NCBI GenBank assembly: GCA_025360745.1
Contig: JANYBP010000032.1
Coordinates: forward strand, 2,574 to 66,573
DNA length: 64,000 nt
Direction of reading: 5' to 3'
Origin: a bacterium
GTDB taxonomy: Bacteria > Verrucomicrobiota > Kiritimatiellia > CAIKKV01 > CAIYGI01
A model generated the notes under the pieces. That model was not told the origin of the DNA. It made no database searches and worked only from the letters and a program-made list of their open reading frames with translations. Positions 51,901 through 62,072 of this stretch are shown here, piece after piece. How positions within the stretch are numbered: position 1 is the stretch's first letter; every line of letters begins with the position of its first letter. The translations under genes were made by a program, and so were the position numbers.

Positions 51901-52255
51901 CTGTCGATTCTCCCGCTGTCCGGCTGAATGACACAACCGAGTCCCAACCACAATGTGGTAGAGACAATATACAGCAGTGACCGGCGGGTTTCAAGCCCAT
52001 GAAGAAAGCGTGATGGCGACTGGTAGGGCGGACTCGCCGAGGCCGCCGGAAGCGGTATGGGAACAGACGGGCGGTTGTGTGTAAATCGAAGACGGCGCTC
52101 TCGGCGAGAGCGCCCTACCTCGCACTTTCACCACATCGCTCAATCTCCACGAATGGGCTCATCCGCTTCGTCATTGTCTCTCGCCAACGTCGGCGCACGC
52201 CTTCCAAAGACCGCGTGGCGATCGAAGGTAGCGGCGCCGCGCTTTGCTCGTTTCA

Positions 52256-53095
52256 TCATCTCTTCGCAGACCGCCCGGCCTCTGCCTGAGCCGCGCTAGC
52301 GGAGATAGGCGCAGGCCGCTGTTCGGCCTGGTCTTGAAGCTCTGTTTCAACCTTCCAATTGTGATTGGTTGCCATCAAGACCCACGGATTCTCCTTTGCC
52401 AGCGATGGATCGTGCATCAGAAAAAATGCTCCGTCACGCTGTTTGGGAACGACCGCGCGTCCGCTCGATGACTCGATTACAACTGTCGCCTTCCCGGCAT
52501 CTCTTTGGGGAATGAGTCGGACAGCAACCACCGTCCGGGAAACGACATTGCTCATCGGCACATCGCCGAGATCGGTTTTCGTCAATCTGGTCCTGAGATC
52601 TTCAAGAAAGAAGATGCTGTTGTACCGTTGTCGGTTGTCCGTCAGTTCAGCCAACCCGTCAGAACATGTGCCTTTCAGGGTTATTGATACTTTCAGTTCC
52701 ATCGTGCCTTTTGGTTGGTTGGCGACAATCATCGGATTCTCGCGCAACAGTTCCTGTGAAATGGGGAGTGAGAAAGTCCCGTCCGAGTTCACTGGGATGG
52801 GAATCCGGCTGGTTGCGGATTCAATGTGCAACCGAATGTCTGAAGGCTGTACCCCCGGAGTCTTGCTCTTGACTGTCAACCGTATCTCTTGGTTGGTCAG
52901 GCCAGCGAAGCCCTTTAAGTCTACGGAAGCAAGGCGGCAGAGCACCGTATACGGAAGCGTTGCATTCTCCTGCTGCTGTGCAATGGCTAACTGGCACATC
53001 AACAGACCGATTGTAATGATGAAGCCTTTCACGGGGGCAAGTTTGCGAGTTGTAGCGTGCGCCGCTGAGTTCGGCTCTGGTTTTTTCTGCTTCAA
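52256..53095 (-). CDS. Hypothetical secreted protein (signal peptide), low GC
   Basis: 279 aa with an N-terminal hydrophobic leader (VKGFIITIGLLMCQLAIAQQ). GC is about 50%. The ATGA overlap with the upstream gene suggests an operon. Confidence 0.45.
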   Translation of the reverse strand: MKQKKPEPNSAAHATTRKLAPVKGFIITIGLLMCQLAIAQQQENATLPYTVLCRLASVDLKGFAGLTNQEIRLTVKSKTPGVQPSDIRLHIESATSRIPIPVNSDGTFSLPISQELLRENPMIVANQPKGTMELKVSITLKGTCSDGLAELTDNRQRYNSIFFLEDLRTRLTKTDLGDVPMSNVVSRTVVAVRLIPQRDAGKATVVIESSSGRAVVPKQRDGAFFLMHDPSLAKENPWVLMATNHNWKVETELQDQAEQRPAPISASAAQAEAGRSAKR

Positions 53096-54426
53096 TTCCC
53101 CCCCAAACCCGGTCTTCCACCGAGCCGGTCGCGAATCTCCATGGCCAGCGTGTCGCTCGCAGCCTGGAGTTGTCGCAACACGTTGGCAGCATGGTCATAG
53201 CTTGGCGTTAATGTCCAGAGAATATCGTGCCCCATCGCGTTCCTGATGTGCCTCTGTCCCCAATACTGGTTCAGCGGACCTTCCAAACTGCGCCCTTGGT
53301 CGGCCATCTCGATCATGCCCCGATACAAGTGGGAGGCGTCGTGAAGGGTTCGGTTCCGATTCAGAAAGACCGGCGAGACTAGCAGCCCGGCGACGAAGCG
53401 AGCCGCAGATGACTTCGCGTACGGATCGACGGAGGCCGCCAGGCGGGTTCGCGCGCCGCTGAAGGTGCTTTTGATGCTCAGGTATTCTCCGATCAGCGCC
53501 CGGTGCAGGCTGACGTCCTGGTCCGACAATGGCGCGAAAGCCGGACGGAGAATCGCCAATGCCTCGGGTGTGACGTTCGTGCCGGACGTGAAGAGCCGGT
53601 GCGCCGCCACGATGTTTTGTCGGGCCATGTCCGCAGAGAGCATTTTGTGCATCAGGATGCGGGAGTACGGCATCATTTTCCGGACGACGGAGTGAAGTTG
53701 CGCCAGGTGCCGCGCAGCTTCTTCAGGCCGCCCCTGCGCCACGCGCAAAGCGGCGTAGGCACGATACACGCGGGTCAGGTTACGATACGCCACGAAACTC
53801 ATCACGGGTGTGTCCTCGCGGGGCGAAGTCAGGTCCGCGACGGCATCATAGGAGTCCAGGCGTTTGATGACCTCACGCGCTTCGGCAACGGCCCGCCAGT
53901 CGCCTTCTATCATGTCGGCAAAAGCCAGCGCGTTCGTGAAGATCGCCTCCTGGTCCAGTTGGGCGATGCCCGGTTGAATTCTGCGATCGCCCTCGCCCTT
54001 GGCGTAGGTCATGGCCAGGGCGTAGCTCGCCTGTGCGTCCTCGCCGGAAGCCGGAATGTCGGCCAGCGTGTGGTCTTCCTCAATGGGCGGCATATCGAGG
54101 GCCAGGTAGGCGACGGTGCCCGAGAGAGGAAGCGCCATCAGCGCGCAGGCCAGTAATCCTGAACGTGGGCTCCATCCCCTCCGCGCCATTCGGCGCGTCA
54201 GAAACCGGCAAAGCCAGAACAGGAGGCAGGAAAGGACGACAGCGACGCCGGCGAACAACACCGCATACACCGGACGCTCGATCGCAGCTAACGGGTAGAT
54301 GACCCGAAAATCGAAGACGACAAACCCCACGGCAATCGCGCTATAGGCCAAGCACAAAAGAAACGCGATCGTCCAAGCCAGGCGCCCGAGCCACCGCCGC
54401 TCCCCGAATTGTACTGCAAGATGCAT
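53092..54426 (-). CDS. Hypothetical membrane protein (3 N-terminal TM plus a large helical domain)
   Basis: About 444 aa from MHLAVQFGERRWLGRLAWTIAFLLCLAY. No recognisable motif. Confidence 0.45.
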   Translation of the reverse strand: MHLAVQFGERRWLGRLAWTIAFLLCLAYSAIAVGFVVFDFRVIYPLAAIERPVYAVLFAGVAVVLSCLLFWLCRFLTRRMARRGWSPRSGLLACALMALPLSGTVAYLALDMPPIEEDHTLADIPASGEDAQASYALAMTYAKGEGDRRIQPGIAQLDQEAIFTNALAFADMIEGDWRAVAEAREVIKRLDSYDAVADLTSPREDTPVMSFVAYRNLTRVYRAYAALRVAQGRPEEAARHLAQLHSVVRKMMPYSRILMHKMLSADMARQNIVAAHRLFTSGTNVTPEALAILRPAFAPLSDQDVSLHRALIGEYLSIKSTFSGARTRLAASVDPYAKSSAARFVAGLLVSPVFLNRNRTLHDASHLYRGMIEMADQGRSLEGPLNQYWGQRHIRNAMGHDILWTLTPSYDHAANVLRQLQAASDTLAMEIRDRLGGRPGLGGN

Positions 54427-54433
54427 CAGCGAT

Positions 54434-54772
54434 TTACCTCCACAAGTCCCAGACAAGGAAGATTCCCAGAATCTGGAGCGGAGTGTGCCGCTCATTCTTC
54501 CGTGGAAAGCGTGCCACCTCAACGCGAAAATGGATATCGGTTGCCATGAATCGGCCTCCGGACTTGGTGTCCTGTTGCTGAGAGCACCGGATCTCGATTC
54601 TCTGATTGGCTCCTTCCATGACCCATGCCGCTATCCTTGCAAGGATGGACATTCGGCCGCACGTCAGTTCAATGGAGAACGTGCGAAAAGCGCTCCCAGC
54701 AGACACGACAGAGACACCGGGATAGGTGTTGAACAACGCCACCACCTCACGAAGTGTATCCTGTTCGTTCAT
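54434..54772 (-). CDS. Hypothetical small cytoplasmic protein
   Basis: 112 aa ORF that fits tightly between flanking genes on the same strand. Confidence 0.3.
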   Translation of the reverse strand: MNEQDTLREVVALFNTYPGVSVVSAGSAFRTFSIELTCGRMSILARIAAWVMEGANQRIEIRCSQQQDTKSGGRFMATDIHFRVEVARFPRKNERHTPLQILGIFLVWDLWR

Positions 54773-54850
54773 GTTCTGAATGCCAACGTTCCGGTTCAGA
54801 CTGCGAGACCCGCCGCGGGTCGAACTAGTCTGCGACCGGTGGTTCGCAAA

Positions 54851-55441
54851 TCATTTTCCGTGAGTGATTCTCAGAATCCGGCCATCGTCTTTGGCGATGT
54901 CCGCCACGGCGACACCGCCTTTGACGATGCCGCCGCTAGTTCCGGTCGGAAGAGTCCCTTCGACCGTCCAGACTCCGTTCGACAAGGTCGCCGTGTACGG
55001 CTTTTCTGATTCTATCTCTTCTTTTCCGTATGTCGGATTCCACACCGCCACCGCGATAGCGATGGCCGTTTCAGCGTCCGGAACGTATCCGGCCTCCGGT
55101 CTGTCTCGGCTTGCCTGCGGCAGGGGTCTGTCTTTGATTACGATCCGTCCGGTCTGCTTGTGTCCGCACCTTGGACATTCATATGGGCACGCAATTGTCG
55201 TTGTGCCCGTTGGAATTGCCGTCCCGATCATTTCGGCAGAATAGGCTTGGCAGGCCATACACTTGTTTCTGTAGTAGAACATATCGCCAGTCTGCTTTAC
55301 AGGAAGAGCGCCTCTAAGAACAAAGAGGTGGTTCGTCGTTAGCATCTGTGAGACCACCCCTGCGGGTGGCAGATTCGTTTCCGCTAACAAAGACGTGGTC
55401 GCCGAAATGACTATGAGCATCGTGACCGCTTTTCTCAGCAT
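54851..55441 (-). CDS. Hypothetical secreted protein with a Cys4 zinc-ribbon and a C-terminal NTF2-like domain (resembling Imm-NTF2-type immunity domains)
   Basis: A signal peptide is present. The zinc ribbon is CMAC...CPYECPRC. The C-terminal AIAIAVAVWNPTYGKEEIESEKPYTATLSNGVWTVEGTLP...GGVAVADIAKDDGRILRITHGK matches NTF2-fold lipoprotein/immunity patterns. Confidence 0.4.
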   Translation of the reverse strand: MLRKAVTMLIVISATTSLLAETNLPPAGVVSQMLTTNHLFVLRGALPVKQTGDMFYYRNKCMACQAYSAEMIGTAIPTGTTTIACPYECPRCGHKQTGRIVIKDRPLPQASRDRPEAGYVPDAETAIAIAVAVWNPTYGKEEIESEKPYTATLSNGVWTVEGTLPTGTSGGIVKGGVAVADIAKDDGRILRITHGK

Positions 55442-55489
55442 CTTGTGTCTCCCTCTGAATTGCGAACGTTCACCTTGAGTTTCGGCGCG

Positions 55490-55921
55490 TCAGCGACGTA
55501 AACTCCGAGGTGTGGTTGGACGTGATTTTTTGATTCCCGCGATCATTGAAAGGGCTACTTGAGTCCCGATGTCATGTTCCCACAGTCGAAACACAATCCA
55601 CCCCCGAATACGCAAACGACGTCGAACGGCAACATCTCTTCTCCTGTTGGCGGCAATCTTTCCGACCCAATATTTTCGGTTGGTGTGAGGAATCCGGCAA
55701 TGTTTCGGACAACCATGCCAAAGACACCCATCAATAAAGAGAACGACTCGCCTTTGCGGGAAAACAATATCTGGTTTCCCGTCAAGAGGGTAATGCCTTC
55801 GCCAGCCGGAAAGGCGCAAGGAACGGAGAAGCGAAATCACCGCAACTTCTGTTGACTTATTACCACTGGACTTCACTCTCGCCATAATCCGGGACCGTTC
55901 ACTTGGCGAGACTGTATCCAT
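55490..55921 (-). CDS. vsr: Very-short-patch repair endonuclease Vsr
   Basis: 143 aa. The Vsr motifs are present (FIDGCLWHGCP..H, WVGKIAANRRRD). Confidence 0.85.
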   Translation of the reverse strand: MDTVSPSERSRIMARVKSSGNKSTEVAVISLLRSLRLSGWRRHYPLDGKPDIVFPQRRVVLFIDGCLWHGCPKHCRIPHTNRKYWVGKIAANRRRDVAVRRRLRIRGWIVFRLWEHDIGTQVALSMIAGIKKSRPTTPRSLRR

Positions 55922-55927
55922 GCCAAC

Positions 55928-56665
55928 CTACGAAATGATCTCAACCCATGATTCGTCGAATTTCAAGGCGTCCAACACTTCGTCCCGGTCGAGACGGGGC
56001 GGTTTCTTGATCCGTATTGCCAAGCGGTGCTCTGGCACGTTTTCGATGATGGTGAACTGTGAACCGTGGGGTTGCCATGTAAAGACGTGAGCATCGCCAA
56101 CTTTGTTGTAACCTTCAAGATTGTCGTTATCATTCCACTGCCACCAAAAACCTTTTGCATCGTACATGATGGTATCGAGTTCAAAGGCCGCCAATTCCAA
56201 GAGATCATCGGATTTGACCAAGACCACGGTGCGCAGGTGTTGGAACTTCTTTCGGACACCCGCAACGCGTTCGTTGTAGATCGACAGAACCTTTTCGCCC
56301 ATGTCGTTGGGATCGACATGTTTCACCTTGTCTTGCCCAAAGGAAAACGACACCGAGTTTCTGCCTGAAATAAGCCGAACTTTTGAAACGGTAGACGGTT
56401 TCTTGTTCTTGACTGTCTTTGCACCCCATGCCATTTGCTGAAGAATTATGTCGTCAAGACCGACATTTGAAGGTTGCCACTTTGCGCCGACAAGTCTGGC
56501 AAAAATTTCTTCCCAGTCTGTTCCCTCAAGCCTCGGTGTTCCTCTTGAGGCAAGGAGATAGACAATTTCTTTTCCGAGGTTTAGAGCAAAGCCGCTCGGA
56601 AATTTGTTAAGCGGATATGGCGGTCTGTATTTTTCGACCGTTCTTAGTCTTGGACTTTTTCCCAT
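55928..56665 (-). CDS. Putative Type II restriction endonuclease partnered with the C5-methyltransferase
   Basis: 245 aa ORF located between the dcm-type MTase and vsr on the same strand, overlapping the MTase 3' end. There is no recognisable non-REase motif. The call is from context only. Confidence 0.45.
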   Translation of the reverse strand: MGKSPRLRTVEKYRPPYPLNKFPSGFALNLGKEIVYLLASRGTPRLEGTDWEEIFARLVGAKWQPSNVGLDDIILQQMAWGAKTVKNKKPSTVSKVRLISGRNSVSFSFGQDKVKHVDPNDMGEKVLSIYNERVAGVRKKFQHLRTVVLVKSDDLLELAAFELDTIMYDAKGFWWQWNDNDNLEGYNKVGDAHVFTWQPHGSQFTIIENVPEHRLAIRIKKPPRLDRDEVLDALKFDESWVEIIS

Positions 56666-57719
56666 AGTGGGTTCCTTTCTCCAGTAAGATCATTTGTCGG
56701 TCAAAGGATTGCTTCGTTGGATAAACGACATCCGGCTTGTGCCCATTTGTCCATCCGCATGAAAGAAACACTTGAGACAAGACCGATTCTGCAACCGGAA
56801 CCGGTAGGCTATTGCCAGCTTGTTTGCGAGTTTGGCCGTAATTACACACTATGTTGAACGTGTCCGGAAACCCTTGAAGACGAAGCATCTCGCGGGGGGT
56901 AAGGCGCCGTTCACCATTGACGAGCAAATAGTTGTATGATGCGCCTGCTCGAAGAGCGCATGAATAGGGATACGCGCTAATGTGTCCAGCCTTGTTCTCG
57001 TGCCAAATCGTCGGTTCCTTTGTTGGCGGATGTTGGGCAAGTCGTTTCTTCCGAATATGGTCGGACGCGTAGAACTCCTTGGATACCCGTTTTTCCAAAA
57101 CATCCCGTAGTGGTTTCATTGGAATCCCACCTTTCGGCCATTCAAACGCACTTGGCGTCTTGAAGCCGACGATAAACACCCGCTCTCGTTTCTGCGGGAG
57201 TCCGAAATCCAGCGCATTGAAAATCTTGCGGTCAACGTGATACCCAAGACTGCGTAACACTTCCATTATTCGCGCCAGCGTTTTCCCATTATTGTGACCG
57301 GCCAACAGTTTCACGTTCTCCAGAACAAATGCCTGTGGTTTCTTCGCTTCAAGTATTCTGGCAATCTCAAAGAACAGTGTGCCTCGGGCGTCTTCAAACC
57401 CCTTTCGATGTCCGATGATGCTGAACGGTTGGCATGGAAACCCGGCAAGAAGGATGTCGTGGTCTGGGATTGAGTTGGCATCAATGGCGTGGATGTCGCC
57501 AGCCGGCGCCTCCCCGAAATTGGCCTCATATGCCTTTTGACAGTCAGGATCAATATCGCTGGACAATAGGCACTCCGCATGAACACCGATCTTTTCCGCA
57601 ACCCCTTCTATGGCATAGCGGAATCCGCCTATCCCGCAGAATAAGTCTATGAAATTGACTGTCTTTTTTGTGTTTGCAATCACGTGTAGAACCTTACCAA
57701 CCTCGTTGCCGTTTCTCAA
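56607..57719 (-). CDS. dcm: DNA (cytosine-5)-methyltransferase
   Basis: Motif I FCGIGG, motif IV GFPCQPFS, motif VI ENV (FVLENVKLL), motif VIII QKRERVFIVG, plus a short TRD and motifs IX/X. Confidence 0.9.
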   Translation of the reverse strand: MRNGNEVGKVLHVIANTKKTVNFIDLFCGIGGFRYAIEGVAEKIGVHAECLLSSDIDPDCQKAYEANFGEAPAGDIHAIDANSIPDHDILLAGFPCQPFSIIGHRKGFEDARGTLFFEIARILEAKKPQAFVLENVKLLAGHNNGKTLARIMEVLRSLGYHVDRKIFNALDFGLPQKRERVFIVGFKTPSAFEWPKGGIPMKPLRDVLEKRVSKEFYASDHIRKKRLAQHPPTKEPTIWHENKAGHISAYPYSCALRAGASYNYLLVNGERRLTPREMLRLQGFPDTFNIVCNYGQTRKQAGNSLPVPVAESVLSQVFLSCGWTNGHKPDVVYPTKQSFDRQMILLEKGTHYGKKSKTKNGRKIQTAISA

Positions 57720-58416
57720 GGCTGTTCATTGTTCTTCTGGCCGTCCAACAGTCTTATTAAGCCTACCTCACGCAGGAACGCACCCACGTGAATGTCGGTA
57801 ACGCTACTGCTCGGGTCGGCAATCGTCAAGCACTTAAAATTGCTTGTCTAGCCGTATGTTTTAATGCGCTTTTTGTTTGCGCGTGCAGTTCAAGTAGGCT
57901 TTGTGCAAGCTTTCGAAGTCGGCTTTATGTGGCAACCTGATTTGAACGAGCAAGAAGAGTCGCATATAACCTACCTCGACGAAACAACCGACATGCCGCC
58001 ATTCATTTTCGATCCAACTGGGGCGTCATCGGCCTGCGGCCCGCCAACCCGATCACCTCTTCTCGCCCCTCGCGTCCCTCCAACGGCCCGTCTGCGTCAT
58101 AGTTTCCTTCCAGCGCCGCCGCATTCGTCCCGTCCGAGCGCCGCCCACAAACCCGCATTTCTCCGCGCCCCCCGCGCCTCCGCGTGAGATAATCTTTCTT
58201 CTCCGATCGGGATAGGACCGCCCATCGAGGGCGCCCCTCCCCACATCACCGTACGTACGGATCACGTACACCTCTCAGGCGGGCGTTATGCGTCGCGAAC
58301 TATAACCTGGTCTTCTGAAGGTCTTGTTCCGCGCCTTCACAATCCTTCCTGTTTTCGCAATGGATCGATGCTGCCCCGGTGGCTGGTTGGGGTCAAGGTG
58401 AAATCCTGATCCTCGC

Positions 58417-58538
58417 GTAATGGGTCAGTTACGTGGTGGGACCGCCTGAAGGCGGTACACCAAACGCGGTAGTAATGCCGTTTGGTGTACCGGCTTTAGC
58501 CGGTCTTTAGTCCACCTCCCCTATGTCACTGACCCATT
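58417..58538. mobile_element. MITE-like palindromic element, copy 2
   Basis: Same TIRs and internal structure as 45052..45185. It is flanked by the direct repeat ATCCTCGC (58409..58416 and 58541..58548), consistent with an 8-bp target-site duplication. Confidence 0.7.
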
Positions 58539-58777
58539 CCATCCTCGCGTAACGTCGTTCCGACATTCCATCCACAAGCATTTCGCCATACGCCCACGCG
58601 GCGGCAGAGGCCTGCCGCCCTCCAGAAAAATACTCTGGCAAGTCTCGATGACGTTCCTTGGGCGACGGGCATCCGTCAGGTTGATGTGTGAAATCAATCA
58701 TTATTAACTACTCTGCGAAGTAGAGCTTCGCTACGGAGCACGAGCCGTCCCGCCCGTTCCTCCCGCTCTGGCTGATT

Positions 58778-58805
58778 CACGGACGACACGGAGGTCGTCC
58801 CTCCA
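58778..58805. repeat. 28-nt hairpin motif (copy 2 of 13485..13512)
   Basis: Exact match. It lies in the non-coding spacer between the two Type II R-M systems. Confidence 0.85.
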
Positions 58806-58906
58806 AATCCACATTTCGCCTCTCGCGTTACTTCCCATTCGCAGATGCGCCGAACCGCGGCGCGGAACGCGCCGTAGCGTTCCACCGTCTGGTTCGCCTC
58901 TTCTGT

Positions 58907-59893
58907 TCATCCAGTCATCGTGTCGGGATACGGACCGAGAAAACGTTCACCGTTGAAGTGAACAATATGGTCAGGGTCTTCGGCAATCCAGACCTCCGTT
59001 TCCCAGGAAATCCGGCTCAAGAAGCGGCCCATTGCGTCGCGGTCCTCGAATGCGGTGACGAAAACAAGACCGGTGCTGAATCCGGCGAACAACTCCTTGA
59101 GTTCCCGCCGTCGCTTCCCGTCCACAACCCCGGCGCTTGTCACGGCTTCGCCGATGACCAACCATTCACGTTTCGGATCATGAACAACGACGTCCGGCAT
59201 CTTGGCGGCAGAATCGATCTGAACGCCAAGCCGGGCAAAGTACTCCGTCTCGAAGAACTGAAACTTGTTTTCGGCGTCTCCGACGTAGAGAACAACGCCG
59301 CCGGGAACGAACCGTGTGCAGAAATCCTCAACGAATGCCTTGATGAGTGGATTCTGGCCGCCCGGCGAAAGCGTGATCTCCCTGCCTGACGGCAAGCATA
59401 CCGGAATACGGGCGATCGCCCTGGCGCGTTGCAATTCGCGCTTGATGACTTCTTTCTCCGCAAGATACCTTTTGAGAGCCGGTTTCCACCCGTCAGTCTT
59501 AAACGCCTTGCACAACCCGCGAGCGGTTGGTTCGATCTGGTAGACCGTCTTGCCGCTGTTGGTCGGACGGCTCTGGTCATCCGGGTTTTTTGCCAGAAGC
59601 CCTTCTTCCACGAAATACTTCACGGCCTCGTCACGGATAGTTTCGCGGGTGTTGGGGGCATATCGGAGACGGTACTTGTTGGCGACGAAGTCGATGATCG
59701 GGGTGATGCCGCGCAGAGGGTCTTTGGCGTTCTGCCACGGGTCGTAGGGACCAAGGTCGAGCATGGCAAGCAGGACGTACCCAGCGACCTCGTTGCTTTG
59801 TTTCGGGCCGAAACCCATGGCGCACAGAATTGCGATGGCTTCTTTGAGTTTGCGCGCGCCACGCGGTTTGCCCTTGCCGGTCGTCGGACTCAT
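58907..59893 (-). CDS. BsuBI/PstI-family Type II restriction endonuclease
   Basis: 328 aa (PstI is about 326 aa). The C-terminal catalytic region pattern is present (VVHDPKREWLVIGEAVTSAGVVDGKRRRELKELF). It overlaps the stop of the upstream PstI-like methyltransferase. Confidence 0.65.
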   Translation of the reverse strand: MSPTTGKGKPRGARKLKEAIAILCAMGFGPKQSNEVAGYVLLAMLDLGPYDPWQNAKDPLRGITPIIDFVANKYRLRYAPNTRETIRDEAVKYFVEEGLLAKNPDDQSRPTNSGKTVYQIEPTARGLCKAFKTDGWKPALKRYLAEKEVIKRELQRARAIARIPVCLPSGREITLSPGGQNPLIKAFVEDFCTRFVPGGVVLYVGDAENKFQFFETEYFARLGVQIDSAAKMPDVVVHDPKREWLVIGEAVTSAGVVDGKRRRELKELFAGFSTGLVFVTAFEDRDAMGRFLSRISWETEVWIAEDPDHIVHFNGERFLGPYPDTMTG

Positions 59894-61470
59894 GCTTCCA
59901 CCTCCCTTGTCACGATTCGATCAACCTCATCCTGTTCCATCCCCTTGTCCCCGATTTGATTTCCGATAGCGCGTAGTTGTTGCGCCGTTGGAAACCGCAC
60001 GTTGCGGAGATCGGTCGCGTTGACCTGGGTGTGTCCGTTGAACTGGCGGAAGTACAGGTCGAGGACCGACGAGTTGAGGTAGGCCCAAAGTCCCTTCGCC
60101 AGGAGCATATCCAACCCCTTCCCCCTGGCATGGATGTAGTTCAGGTGGTTTTCCAGGCCAACCCGCTGCGATCCGACGCGGACGGGATCGTAGATGCAGG
60201 CCACAACCCTCCGCCGTTCTTCCTTGGATGTAAACCGTTTCGTCAGGACATACACGGCAGCCGGGATAGTCAGACTCTGCGTCTGGTCATCCTCCCGGAT
60301 AGCATTGGGTTTCCGGCCCCGCTCTGCCGGCCATGTGACAAACAACCCGCCGAAATGGCAGGGATAGATCAAAGGGCACGAACCCTCTTCCGGCTTCTGC
60401 CGGATGTGCTCGCGTGCGCGGAAATCGACGACCCGTCCGGTCGAAACTGCGAGACCAAGCCGGTCAAGCGTTGACTCCAGTCGGGCGATTAGACCACGCG
60501 CGGCGAGATGCTGCTCAGACGTGGGGATGTGGATGAACGCTTCAGCATCGGCGGGCGAAACGATTTCCGTCGTCAAAAAGGTGCGACCGTGAACGACGTC
60601 ATGATTGCCGCCGTTGCTTTGCGAAACTCGGATCGAGCCGGAGTCCCGGTGGCCCTTGACCGCGTGCAGAATCACGTTCTCCTGCAAGACATCATCATGT
60701 TTGAAAGCTGCCGTCCTGGACTCGAAGACGTGGATTCTCCGCAGGGACATTTCCGTGAGTAGTCGCTGACGGAATGGTTTGAAGTAGGGACCGTTGCAGA
60801 AGCTGCGCGGCGTGATGGCGACCAATTCGCCCTTGGGGCGCAACAGACCGATAATGAGATTCAGAAAAGCCGTGTAGAGGTTCGTCGTTTCGGCCCCCAC
60901 GGCGAGTAGAAGACGGTAGCCGTCTGACGTTGTTGACAGTTTCCCGTACGGCGGATTGACGATAGCCGCGTCGAATACCGGCGGCGCCTTCGAAAAGAAG
61001 TCGTGCCGCTGCATCTCGGCTGCTTCGGCGATAAAATCGGCGTTGCGGATCGTCGCCGAGAACTCCACCCCGCGTTGTTGGCACGCGACGCGGCACGCTT
61101 CGTAGGTTTGCTCAATGCCCCCAAGCAGCGTTGCGTCCAGTTCGTAGGCCGTCACTTCGATCCGCTTCGGCGGCATCTGCTTCCGCAGTTGGCGTCGAAC
61201 GAACGCGGCGGATAGGATACCCATTCCGGCCCCTGCGTCCAAAAGTCGTATATGGCGTGAGCGGAGTTGAAACATCGCCGCCATGAGGTCGGCAACATGC
61301 GGCGGTGTCAGAAACTGCCCGAACTGCTTCTGATGCTGCTGAGAGACCGAGGCAAAGAAACGGACGCGAAGGGAGTCGGCGATAGACAGAAGAGACTCCT
61401 CAGCAGTCTCGCCGGTCTGGATCTCCGCGATTGTAGCCACCTCTGCGTTCATTTGCGATGGATGGTACAA
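59890..61470 (-). CDS. N6-adenine DNA methyltransferase, M.PstI/M.BsuBI-like (gamma class)
   Basis: 526 aa. The motifs are FGQFLTPPHVADLM (X), LLDAGAGMGILS (I) and IVNPPYGKLS (IV). Size fits M.PstI. Confidence 0.8.
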   Translation of the reverse strand: MYHPSQMNAEVATIAEIQTGETAEESLLSIADSLRVRFFASVSQQHQKQFGQFLTPPHVADLMAAMFQLRSRHIRLLDAGAGMGILSAAFVRRQLRKQMPPKRIEVTAYELDATLLGGIEQTYEACRVACQQRGVEFSATIRNADFIAEAAEMQRHDFFSKAPPVFDAAIVNPPYGKLSTTSDGYRLLLAVGAETTNLYTAFLNLIIGLLRPKGELVAITPRSFCNGPYFKPFRQRLLTEMSLRRIHVFESRTAAFKHDDVLQENVILHAVKGHRDSGSIRVSQSNGGNHDVVHGRTFLTTEIVSPADAEAFIHIPTSEQHLAARGLIARLESTLDRLGLAVSTGRVVDFRAREHIRQKPEEGSCPLIYPCHFGGLFVTWPAERGRKPNAIREDDQTQSLTIPAAVYVLTKRFTSKEERRRVVACIYDPVRVGSQRVGLENHLNYIHARGKGLDMLLAKGLWAYLNSSVLDLYFRQFNGHTQVNATDLRNVRFPTAQQLRAIGNQIGDKGMEQDEVDRIVTREVEA

Positions 61471-61646
61471 GGTGCGGGCGGTGAATGCAATGAGGAAGCG
61501 GGACGGAATCTTGCAGTACGCTTTTTCAGGCGTGCAAGATCAGGGGCGCCGCTTCGATCAGGTTGTCTCCAAGGCGAACGCCCGGCGTGCGCCTCCGAGA
61601 GCCCGCTGGCGGGCGCGAGGCAGCGCACCGCGCCGTTGTTCGGGCT

Positions 61647-61997
61647 TCATCTGTTCCGTTCCAATTGATCCTCAGTGACGAACAATCGATGACACTCCTC
61701 GCAGAGCCAATCGTAACCATTGGTGTACCCGACGGCATGCTCTTCCCCTTGGGAATCGATCAAGAGCCAGTTGCACGTCCGACAATGATCGTGATCCCAA
61801 AACTTCTTGCGTAGCTCCATCTTCTCCGTGTCGAATTCCTGGCCGGTGAAGATCGTGGCGCGAGAGCCATCCTTCATCACGAGAGCATCACGCGGCGCCC
61901 AGCGCTGTTTCTGGAATGCGCCCGCTCGCATGCCGCGAAGCATCGAGACCAGATAATCGACCTCCCAGTCTTCTTCCCTGATTTTGATCGTCTTCAT
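61647..61997 (-). CDS. Hypothetical small protein with a Cys4 zinc-ribbon (CRTC...CEEC)
   Basis: About 116 aa from MKTIKIREEDW. Found upstream of the PstI-like MTase. Confidence 0.35.
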   Translation of the reverse strand: MKTIKIREEDWEVDYLVSMLRGMRAGAFQKQRWAPRDALVMKDGSRATIFTGQEFDTEKMELRKKFWDHDHCRTCNWLLIDSQGEEHAVGYTNGYDWLCEECHRLFVTEDQLERNR

Positions 61998-62072
61998 TTT
62001 GTGCCCGACTTGGGCGGTCAGGGTCTCACGGCCCCTGGCGCGAGTACTCTGCACCGCATTGTCACCTGTCTG

